Position numbers and translations under genes: made by a program. A stretch of 24,000 bases of DNA from Microbulbifer sp. MKSA007. Lineage in GTDB: Bacteria > Pseudomonadota > Gammaproteobacteria > Pseudomonadales > Cellvibrionaceae. The notes under the pieces were generated by a model, which saw nothing but the letters and a program-made list of their open reading frames with translations, was not told the origin of the DNA and ran no database searches. Location: assembly GCA_032615215.1 (NCBI GenBank), contig CP128431.1:134680-158679 (forward strand), written 5' to 3'. How positions within the stretch are numbered: the stretch's first letter is position 1; each line of letters begins with the position of its first letter. This document shows positions 1 to 8,053 of the stretch, one piece after another.

Positions 1-1062
1 CTGTATGACTGGGCGGACGAGTTGGTGCACCATCCAGTTATTCTGGATGCGGTTGAACAGCTGATCGGCCCGGACATCCTGTGCCTGATGACCAACCTGT
101 TCACCAAGGAAGCGGGCAGCAAATCCTACGTCTCCATGCATCAGGATGCAGCGTATTGGGGTGTGGACGCGGATGATGTGGTCACCGCCTGGGTTGCGCT
201 CAGCCCTGCGACGGCTCAGTCTGGCGTGATGAAGGTGGAACCGGGCAGCCACAAATCCATCCGCACGCAAATCAACACCTACGCCAAAGACAACCTGCTC
301 ACCCGCGGACAGGAAATTCCGGTTGAGGAGCTGGAACCGGAACGTCAGATCTACATGGAGCTGAAGCCCGGAGAGATGTCTTTGCATCATTTCCAGCTTG
401 TGCATGGCTCGGACGCCAACACCACGGATGACCGGCGTATCGGCTTTGCCATTCGCTATGTGGCGGCCAAAAGCAATGTGCGGGCGGACAACCAATCCGC
501 TTTGCTGGTGCGCGGCCAAAACCACACCAACATCACCATGGAACAGCGCGGCAAGGGCCAGAACCCGACACAGCGCTATCGCGAACACGCCCGCGCCATG
601 CGTAGATTGGTCAGGTCTATGCTTCTTCCGGAAAAAGAGGCAGGATTGGGAGAACGCGCGCGATTGTTCATCACGCGTCAGGCCGCAGTGCTGTTAACGT
701 ACTATCGGCAGATTAAGGGGGATAATGCAATGAGTGAAGCCAACAACAGCCATAACCAGCAGTTTGGCAGTTTCAAAGAGTTCTATCCGTTTTATTTGGC
801 GGAGCACCAGAACGTGGTCAGCCGCCGCCTGCACTTCACCGGAACGGCCCTTGTGCTTGGGCTGGTCGCCTACATCCTTACATTCGGCCTCTGGACGTGG
901 CTGCTCGCCGTACCCGTGGTTGGCTACGGCTTTGCATGGATTGGGCATTTCTTTTTTGAAAAGAACAAGCCAGCCACATTCAAGTTCCCGTTCTACAGCC
1001 TTCTCGGTGATTTCGTGATGTTCTTCGACATCCTGCGCGGCAAGGTTTCCATCCTCCGGTGA
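1..1062 (+). CDS. Phytanoyl-CoA dioxygenase (PhyH) family Fe(II)/2-oxoglutarate oxygenase, 5'-truncated by the window edge, continuing in frame with no stop into a DUF962/Mpo1-like membrane domain (from ATG 730)
   Basis: Frame 1 is open from nt 1 (LYDWADELVHHPVILD...). PhyH signatures: MHQDAAYWG (H-x-D, nt 139-147), HHFQLVHGSDAN, RRIGFAIRY. From ATG 730, preceded by AAGGGGG at 715-721: FKEFYPFYLAEHQN..RRLHF..GYGFAWIGHFFFEKNKPATFKFP plus two hydrophobic helices, the DUF962 pattern. There is no stop codon between the two parts. Confidence 0.8.
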   Translation: MYDWADELVHHPVILDAVEQLIGPDILCLMTNLFTKEAGSKSYVSMHQDAAYWGVDADDVVTAWVALSPATAQSGVMKVEPGSHKSIRTQINTYAKDNLLTRGQEIPVEELEPERQIYMELKPGEMSLHHFQLVHGSDANTTDDRRIGFAIRYVAAKSNVRADNQSALLVRGQNHTNITMEQRGKGQNPTQRYREHARAMRRLVRSMLLPEKEAGLGERARLFITRQAAVLLTYYRQIKGDNAMSEANNSHNQQFGSFKEFYPFYLAEHQNVVSRRLHFTGTALVLGLVAYILTFGLWTWLLAVPVVGYGFAWIGHFFFEKNKPATFKFPFYSLLGDFVMFFDILRGKVSILR

Positions 1063-1228
1063 GGTCGCAGTGCCTTCTTTGGGACGGAGGGAAGGTGCGT
1101 AAAGATGACGGCGGAATTACGCGGAACATGGCAAAACCCTGAGGGTAAAGCCAGCAGATCTTGGTGATTGTGTTGGTCATGTCAGCAACTCAAAATGCTT
1201 AGGTGACCAATGCAAACTTGAGTCTGCG

Positions 1229-1603
1229 ATGAAAAATCTATGCCTTGCTGCTTCTCTTCTGCTTGCCTCATCCAGCGTTGCAACTGCGGGAATGACCTCT
1301 GACCTCAACGCAGCAATCGCCAACATGTGCGAGAAGCTGAAGGCTTGCGCTTTTGAGCAGATGGGTATTGATGCATCCTCAAAGCAGCACCCCACGGCAA
1401 CGGCCATTAACAACAGCGTCAATCAGGCGTGCGCCGTGATCAAAGCCGACTTCGCCAGTGAGGCCACCTCCAACGCTCAAAAAAGACAAGCGATTGCCTG
1501 CGTTTCATCGGTGACGAGGAAGACCTGCGGCGAACTCAGCCAACCCAATGCCCAAAGCCCCAAAGCCTGCAAAGGCTTCCAGAGCTTCAACCGCGCCAAC
1601 TAA
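1229..1603 (+). CDS. Small secreted cysteine-rich protein, function unknown
   Basis: N-terminal Sec-type signal peptide (MKNLCLAASLLLASSSVATAG). Six Cys are spread through the mature ~100 aa. No family recognised. Confidence 0.6.
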   Translation: MKNLCLAASLLLASSSVATAGMTSDLNAAIANMCEKLKACAFEQMGIDASSKQHPTATAINNSVNQACAVIKADFASEATSNAQKRQAIACVSSVTRKTCGELSQPNAQSPKACKGFQSFNRAN

Positions 1604-1633
1604 GCGAGCGCCAATAGACCTTTCCCGATTACC

Positions 1634-2158
1634 ATGGTTGTCTCTTACGCCTCTTCATCCACTCTGACCATCAGGCCAGCAACTGCTGAAGACGCAGAGC
1701 CCCTTTCTGCAATCGGGCTGACAGCCTGGCGCAAAGGCATCAAACCGCTCGTGCCCGCTCACATCGCGAAGGAGTTTGAGGTCAGCAATCCCTTCCTGCC
1801 TTTCCTGAAGGCATGCCATGCGAACGTGCTGGTCGCGCAGATCGGCAACCAACTCGCAGGCTTCGGCGCCAGAGAACACGCCGACAACCGCATCACCGAC
1901 CTCTGGATCGCTCCCACCTTCGAAGGCCAGGGCCTCGGCACCGTCCTCCTGCGTTCACTAGAAGCCCAAATCACCAACTCCCACGCACTCATCACCGTCA
2001 CCGCCCAAAACACAAGAGCCCTCACCCTCTACCAACACCTCGGCTACCACGAGTACCACCGCGAAGCCCGCTATGACGCAACTCTCAAGACAAGCTTCGA
2101 GAAGGTTGATATGCGGAAGGTGTTGAGGCGTGGCGGCATTTCACTCGCCAAATATTGA
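1634..2158 (+). CDS. GNAT family N-acetyltransferase
   Basis: Acetyl-CoA binding pattern (WIAPTFEGQGLGTVLLRSLE; ...NTRALTLYQHLGY) and a size typical of GNAT proteins. Confidence 0.8.
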   Translation: MVVSYASSSTLTIRPATAEDAEPLSAIGLTAWRKGIKPLVPAHIAKEFEVSNPFLPFLKACHANVLVAQIGNQLAGFGAREHADNRITDLWIAPTFEGQGLGTVLLRSLEAQITNSHALITVTAQNTRALTLYQHLGYHEYHREARYDATLKTSFEKVDMRKVLRRGGISLAKY

Positions 2159-2279
2159 GGGAGTTTCCGTAGTTGGTGTGCTGTAAGGGACTTCCCTGAG
2201 GGTGGTGTTGTGTTATACAGCGCTCAATCCTTTAGCCGACGCCCGAGGAGTAAACTTAATCTTCTTCGGGTAGTTAAAG

Positions 2280-2795
2280 ATGTCGCCGACCTTAGCTTCG
2301 ATCTTTATGAACGAGCGTCGCTCGTTGATTGGCAGTATTTTGCGTATTGTGAAGGATCCCGGCATTGCTGAGGACCTTTCTCAGGAAGCCTATCTCCGAG
2401 CACAAAGAACTTCAGAATCACAGCAGATCAGTCATGTTGAAGGCTTTTTGCATCAGACTGCCCGAAATCTTGCATTAGACCATCTGCGCCGAAGCAAAAC
2501 ACGCCAAACCTACGAGATGGATAACGGTGCGCCGGACGCTTTGGATAGCATTCCTGCAGATGTCTACTCCCTGGAAAATGCTTTGATAGAACGTGAGCGT
2601 TTTAGGGAGTTTCATAGCGCGCTTTCCTGTCTTCCGTCACGGGCGCAAACGGTCATCGTTTTAAGCCGTATAGAAGAATGGCCAAATCACAGAATTGCCA
2701 AGCATCTGGATGTTTCTGAACGAACCGTGTTCAACGATCTAAAGTTGGCCATGGCTCATTGCCGGGATGCACTCCATCGGCTTGAGCGAAAATAA
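2280..2795 (+). CDS. ECF sigma-70 family sigma factor, FecI-like
   Basis: Region 2 (AEDLSQEAYLRA...FLHQTARNLALDHLRR) and region 4 HTH (NHRIAKHLDVSERTVFNDLKLAMAHC). Immediately followed by a FecR gene and an STN-domain TonB-dependent receptor. Confidence 0.85.
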   Translation: MSPTLASIFMNERRSLIGSILRIVKDPGIAEDLSQEAYLRAQRTSESQQISHVEGFLHQTARNLALDHLRRSKTRQTYEMDNGAPDALDSIPADVYSLENALIERERFREFHSALSCLPSRAQTVIVLSRIEEWPNHRIAKHLDVSERTVFNDLKLAMAHCRDALHRLERK

Positions 2796-2839
2796 AATTT
2801 TTCCGAACCTAAAACAATAATTATTTCAAGCAGTTTCTT

Positions 2840-3841
2840 ATGAACACGTTCCAAGATAACAACACCAAAGACGACCAAGAAGCCAGAGTTTTCAGGCACC
2901 CTGATCCCGTTGCTGATGAAGCACTGAACTGGTTTCTAAAGCTGCAAGAAGATGCCTCCGAAAATCAAAGGAAACAGTTCTCAGCCTGGTTCAACACCAG
3001 TGAGCGACATCGCCAGGAGTTCACCAGACTGGAAGAGATTTGGGGAGCATCAGCCTTTAAGAAGGCGGTGCAGGAGTTGAAGACAGTTTCAGCTCGTCGA
3101 CCCGCGACGGAAACTCATCCGCGGAAGGCTTTCCGAAGGCTGGTTGGAATAGCAGCTGCTTTCACTTTGATGGTCGGAGCGACACAATTTTCTGATTGGT
3201 GGATCTATTTGCAGGCTGATTACACGACTCAATCTGCACAAATGCGACAGATTTCTCTGCCGGATGGCTCTTCTATGCTCATGAACAGCGAAACAGCTGT
3301 TGCGCTGGATTTTGAAGGTACACAACGCCGCGTTCACGTTCTTCGCGGAGAAGCCTATTTTGATGTCTTGTATGATGCTCAAAGACCGTTTCAGGTCACC
3401 GGTGGTTATGGAGAAGTGACAGTTCTCGGCACCGCCTTTTCGGTGCTGACAAGCAAGACTGAAGACCGAGTGGTGTTGGAGAGAGGTCGTGTGGAACTCA
3501 CACGGGCAAATGATGCAGATACAGCCAGAGAGCTGAAGCCGGGGGAGTTGAGCCGCATCTCCTCAAAAGGAATTGGAGAGAGCACAGAGATTAATCCAGC
3601 TGAAGTTCTGGCTTGGCGAGAGGGCCGGCTGGTGCTTGAGGATGTCCCCCTTTCAAAGGCAGTTGAAGAAATTGAACGATACTACAACAGCTCCATTTTC
3701 ATTACCTCGTCTGCTCTTCGTGACATACGGGTAAGTGGTTATTTTAAAACAGACAATCTAGTTGAAGCTATTGAGACACTCGCCCTCGCAGCAGGTGCGA
3801 AACTTTATCAATTGCCAACTGGAATTTATTTCATGAACTAA
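2840..3841 (+). CDS. FecR-family transmembrane sensor / anti-sigma factor
   Basis: N-terminal anti-sigma domain (ALNWFLKLQE...QFSAWF), one TM helix (LVGIAAAFTLMVGATQF), a periplasmic FecR domain (LPDGSSMLMNSETAVALDF...RVHVLRGEAYFDV...PFQV...VTVLGTAFSV) and a C-terminal W-REGRLVLEDVPL motif. Confidence 0.9.
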   Translation: MNTFQDNNTKDDQEARVFRHPDPVADEALNWFLKLQEDASENQRKQFSAWFNTSERHRQEFTRLEEIWGASAFKKAVQELKTVSARRPATETHPRKAFRRLVGIAAAFTLMVGATQFSDWWIYLQADYTTQSAQMRQISLPDGSSMLMNSETAVALDFEGTQRRVHVLRGEAYFDVLYDAQRPFQVTGGYGEVTVLGTAFSVLTSKTEDRVVLERGRVELTRANDADTARELKPGELSRISSKGIGESTEINPAEVLAWREGRLVLEDVPLSKAVEEIERYYNSSIFITSSALRDIRVSGYFKTDNLVEAIETLALAAGAKLYQLPTGIYFMN

Positions 3842-3949
3842 ATACTCAACTTTTTTTTGCCGGATTGGAATGTTTCAAACGTCGTTCTTTTTAGATGGCG
3901 ATATTTGACGCATCGCTGAGTGAACTGCACGGCAAAAAGTTGGGACAAT

Positions 3950-6846
3950 ATGCACTTGCTCGCTGATATTCTGGGAAAGAAAAATACCCAGCGATTAAAC
4001 GGAAAATCTGTTTCACATCTTCTGGTTACTGCTCTTTTGGGTTGCTCTGCGCTTACGACTAGTTCAGTCGTTTTCAACCAACATGTTGCAGCAATCGCTC
4101 AAGAACAGTCTGTTTCATTTTCGATCAGCGCACAGCCGCTTTCCTCAGCGATCAGAGAGTTCATCGCAACGACCGGCTGGCAGATCAGTTACTCCAGTGA
4201 TGCGGTTGCTGGCAAACGTTCTTCTGGCGTCTCTGGTAACATGTCGCCAGAAGCTGCATTGAGAAAGCTAATCAGCGGCACCGGCTTGCAGCTTCGCAAA
4301 CGCTCATCCACCTCTGTCGCATTGCTCCCTTTCGGAAGCAATGCAGATGCCTCTCCTGACAGCGAGTTGCTGGATGAGGTTGTCGTTTATGCCAACACCA
4401 ATCCTTCCAATACAGAGAGCCTATTCGGGGACGGAGACCCCAGTGCTATCGGCAAAACAACGATCAGCCGCAGCCTTATTGAAACCGGAGGAGATGCAGG
4501 CGGCGATATCAACTCCCAGCTCAAGACACTTCCGAATGTTCAGTGGCAAAATGACACGACAACAGATGCTGGAGATAGCTCAACCAGTGAGCAAGATTTG
4601 CGTCCGGGTCAGTATTCCATTTCGGGTGCAGATGTAGACGCAAATCTTTTTATGCTTGATGGAATTGGCATTAACTCTCGTGGAGCAGGATATGACGATA
4701 AAGCAGACCTTCCCCTTGACGAAAAGATTATCGACTTAAAAGCAACCTATGGGTTGCACTCTCAAACAGTCTATATCCCAGATGCAGTCGTACAGACCCT
4801 CACCGTCCAAGATAGCGATATTTCTGCACGTTATGGCGGTTTTCAAGGAGGCGTCATTGAAGCAGAAACAATCAATCCTACTACAGATCGTTGGTCAGGC
4901 TTTGCATCTATTGAGGGCACAGCAGACACATTAGCTAAGTTTAAAATTGCGACTGATGATGGCGAAAACCCTTATGATGTTAAGCCCTACGAGTTCCTTA
5001 AACTTAACGGATCAATCGGAGTAAGCGGACCAATTGCAGATGGGTTATCAATTCTTTCTAGCTTCTCTAACCGATACGCCAACACAACACGCGAACGAGA
5101 GCCTCAATTTGTTGAACAAAAAGACGTTTCAACAAACACGCATTCTATGACTTTCCTAAACAAGCTGAAGCTAGATCGGGACTGGGGAGAGTTATCCGTT
5201 ACGAACACTACAACGCTTTACGATCAAGAGTTTGAATCTCATCGCTATTTAATGGACGAGCCGGCTGAGATTACCGGCGACGGGTCTTCTACTCAACTTA
5301 GCTTCCAAAAAGACTTCGGTGATCTGGGCGCAATTAGCAACCTGAACTTTGACTCAAAGTTCTTCATCAACACCTCCAAGAAGGGAAGCATTGACAAAAA
5401 CAATGAGTTTTATGCGCTGACAGCAAAGCCTAGAAATGGTGATTTCGTCGATGGGTTGAGTGATGTTTGTCGTGAACTCCCTGGTGAAAGTTACATCGGC
5501 TGCTACTACGGAGGACTGGGTGAAAAAACTCAATCAGAAACAAGCTTGGGTTCAAGTTTCAGTGTTGATGGGGATTGGCTTGAGCATAAGTTCTCGGCAG
5601 GTGCTGGCGTCAATCGTATCTTCGCTCGTCGCGAGCGGCCAACAGAGTTGACGTTCTACTCGTCATCCCAAACAGGCACGTTTGACTGTGTTTCATCAGA
5701 TGACCCAGCTTGCTGGAATGATGAAATGTATGCTCGTTCTCGTGTTACTTACTCCACGTACGAAACCAACGTTGCATTAACTGAAGTGAATCTGTGGGCT
5801 GAAACTGAACTCAACTATGGCAACTTCCAGTTCCGGCCTGGGGTGCGGTTGGATTACGAAAACTTTTTAAATAATGTGAATGTTGCTCCACGTTTAAAGG
5901 CGTCATGGGAAGCAACTGATCGTGTCGTTATCTCAGGTGGCTTTAATCGTTACTATGACGACAGCATGCTTGGATATGCTCTAAAGTCTGGCGACAGCAA
6001 AAGTATAACCCATTGGCGAAATATTGAAAATGGCAATATTAGCAACGAGTTAGACGCTGAAGGCGGTTGGTATTACAGAAGTAGCAAAACGGCTATTGAC
6101 TACGCAAGTTTCGGCCTGAGGACACCCTACAACGATGAGTACACGATTGGTGCAAGTGTAACAGATCCACTTATTGATGGTGTGTTTCGCATCAAGTACT
6201 TACATCGAAAGGGTGAAGATCGCTTCGCAAAAAATGAAGCTGGTGATGCTTTGACTAATGATGGTTCAAGTAAGTACGACAGTGTTTCAGTTGAGTACGC
6301 TAAGACCTGGAGCGATCTTTCATTCGGACCGCTCAACACGCTTGGTTTCAGTGTCAGCGCTTCATGGGCGAAACGTCATGTCACGAATAATAGCTACTTC
6401 GAAGAAGTCGAGTTAGAAGACTACATTTACTACAAGGGTAAGTCTTACACAGAATCTGGATTTGATGGGGTAAAAGGCAATTTGGACATCCCAATACGGG
6501 GGGCCTTCGTTTACAGGCTGGATTGCTCGATAATCGCCTGAAACTCTGGAGCAGCGCTTCATTTACTCTCCCCTATGACGGTGTCATCGACAGCAAGGAA
6601 AATATCGATATTGAAGTCGATGGCACAGAGCAGAAGCATGATGTCTACGTTGACCACCGTTATGACTTCACAACCTATGTAAACGCTGGTGCATCCTACC
6701 AACTTGCCAAGACCGAATTTGGAGAAACGATTGTTACCGCGAAGGTAAATAACGTCTTCAACGAGACCGGGAATGCGACTGCGTCAGACACAAATCCCTT
6801 CAAAAAAGGTCGTCAGTTCTGGTTGGGGTTGAAGACGAGCTTCTAA
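3950..6846 (+). pseudogene. TonB-dependent transducer (TBDT with N-terminal STN signalling domain), interrupted by a frameshift at a G6 run (6498-6503)
   Basis: ATG 3950 with a signal peptide ending AIA/QEQ. STN domain (SFSISAQPLSSAIREFIATTGWQISY...ALRKLISGTGLQL), TonB-box-like DEVVVYA, then plug and barrel. The frame-2 ORF ends at 6541. A frame-1 ORF (6523-6846) supplies the missing C-terminal strands and ends ...WLGLKTSF with the terminal aromatic residue typical of TBDTs. One extra G in the run gives a continuous ...DIPIRGGLRLQAGLLDNRLKLW... Could be a real pseudogene, a slippage variant or an assembly error. Confidence 0.75.
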
Positions 6847-6851
6847 AGTTT

Positions 6852-6879
6852 GGGCCGGGGAGCTGGCCCTTTTCTTTTT
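6852..6879 (+). terminator. Rho-independent terminator after the TBDT gene
   Basis: GGGCCGG-GGAG-CTGGCCC hairpin (7 bp including one G-U pair, 4-nt loop) followed by TTTTCTTTTT. Confidence 0.65.
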
Positions 6880-6902
6880 CATGACAATAAAAGCAAAGTA
6901 AC

Positions 6903-8003
6903 ATGCTTAAGAAGATCACTGTTTCCAGAGTGGCTGCTGCGGTTTGTGCAGCGATGCTCCTGTTGCCTGCTGCGGGTACTGTTTTCGCGCAAACTCCTTC
7001 TGAGGAGCCGCTTCGGACCATCTATCAAAAGCCGGTATCAGAATGGCCTGCACCAACCATCGATGAAGGTGTTGAGTGGCGCGAGATGGCTCCGCTTCAG
7101 CTGCCCAAGAGGCCTGACAAAGGTTCGAAAGAGCATCTGATTAATGCGCTTGGCGCAAAGCTGTTTGATGATCCAATCCTTTCCAAGAGCGGACAGATTT
7201 CTTGTCAGAGTTGCCACAACAGGGAACTTGGGTGGGCAGATGGCGTCAAAACTTCGTTTGGACATGATCGCCAAAGGGGCAACCGAAATGCACCGGCGGT
7301 GATTACTGCGGTGCATCGCCCTTCCCTCTTTTGGGATGGCCGCGCTGCAACGCTGGAGGAACAGGCACTCGGGCCAATTGAAAATCCGATTGAGATGGCA
7401 GCTGAACTTGATAAAGTTCTTAAACAGTTGAACACCCATGACGTCTATCCCGAGATGTTCTTTGATGCTTTTGCAGCTAACCAAATCTCAGCGGATCTTC
7501 TGGCAATCGCGCTAGCCTCTTTTGAACGCGGGCTGGAGCGGAAAACACGGCTGGATCTGTTTATGGAAGGTCGCCACAGCGTGTTGAGCGACAGCCAGAT
7601 CCGCGGCCTGCATCTGTTTCGCACTAAAGCCCGCTGTATGAACTGCCACAACGGACCAGCCCTGACAGACGGCAAGTTCCACAACCTTGGCCTGACTTAC
7701 TTCGGTAAGCCACTGGAGGATTTAGGGCGCTATCAGGTCACCAATGACCCGAAAGACGTTGGAGCCTTTGCAACACCTAGTCTGCGCCATATCCGTAACA
7801 GCGCACCTTACATGCACAACGGAGTCATCTCCTCACTACGGAAAGTGGTGTTGCTTTACAACTTCGGCGGCGGTCGCGAGCGGCCACGCACCAAGAAAGA
7901 AGCATCTGATCCGCTGTTCCCCAAGCACTCCAACCTATTGCAGCCATTGAGGCTGAACAGGACCGAGATTGAGGATCTGGTGAATTTTCTGGAGGCTCTT
8001 TGA
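6903..8003 (+). CDS. Di-haem cytochrome c peroxidase (CCP/MauG family), periplasmic
   Basis: Signal peptide (…LLLPAAGTVFAQ). Two CxxCH motifs (CQSCHN, CMNCHN). Conserved RNAPAV...FWDGRA..LEEQALGPIENPIEM and PSLRHIRNSAPYMHNG blocks. Confidence 0.9.
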   Translation: MLKKITVSRVAAAVCAAMLLLPAAGTVFAQTPSEEPLRTIYQKPVSEWPAPTIDEGVEWREMAPLQLPKRPDKGSKEHLINALGAKLFDDPILSKSGQISCQSCHNRELGWADGVKTSFGHDRQRGNRNAPAVITAVHRPSLFWDGRAATLEEQALGPIENPIEMAAELDKVLKQLNTHDVYPEMFFDAFAANQISADLLAIALASFERGLERKTRLDLFMEGRHSVLSDSQIRGLHLFRTKARCMNCHNGPALTDGKFHNLGLTYFGKPLEDLGRYQVTNDPKDVGAFATPSLRHIRNSAPYMHNGVISSLRKVVLLYNFGGGRERPRTKKEASDPLFPKHSNLLQPLRLNRTEIEDLVNFLEAL

Positions 8004-8020
8004 ACCGCAGTTGAACAGTG

Positions 8021-8048
8021 TTGAGCGGCGATAAAGTACGCCGCTCAA
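8021..8048. terminator. 10-bp perfect hairpin between convergent genes (possible bidirectional terminator)
   Basis: TTGAGCGGCG-ataaagta-CGCCGCTCAA. No clear U-tract on either strand. Confidence 0.4.
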
Positions 8049-8053
8049 TCCAC

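Noticed and set aside
3867-3887. GGAAT (3867-3871) and CGTC (3880-3883) as a FecI-type ECF promoter in front of the transducer gene
   Set aside because: The spacing between the two elements is only 8 nt instead of the ~16-17 nt expected. No alternative -10 at the correct distance is convincing.
6523-6846. 107-aa ORF as an independent small gene
   Set aside because: Its sequence is the missing C-terminal beta-strands of the upstream TonB-dependent receptor and ends in the canonical terminal Phe. It begins at a TTG with no RBS. It is better explained as the downstream part of a frameshifted gene.
7038-7484. Other overlapping ORFs of 60-165 aa, e.g. 7038-7484(-), 8681-9073(+), 9809-10132(-), 14150-14543(-), 17364-17858(-), 1813-2076(+), 22262-22828(+)
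   Set aside because: All lie inside and opposite to, or out of frame with, genes that have strong family signatures. Their compositions are skewed (Arg/Pro/Cys/Trp-rich) and none has an RBS or a recognisable motif.
2280-8003. Possible methanobactin-like locus (mbnI-mbnR-mbnT plus the MauG-like di-haem enzyme MbnH)
   Set aside because: The gene order is superficially similar. However, there is no MbnP partner, no MbnB/MbnC, and no plausible precursor-peptide ORF between or around these genes. A generic CSS cluster next to a CCP is the more economical reading.
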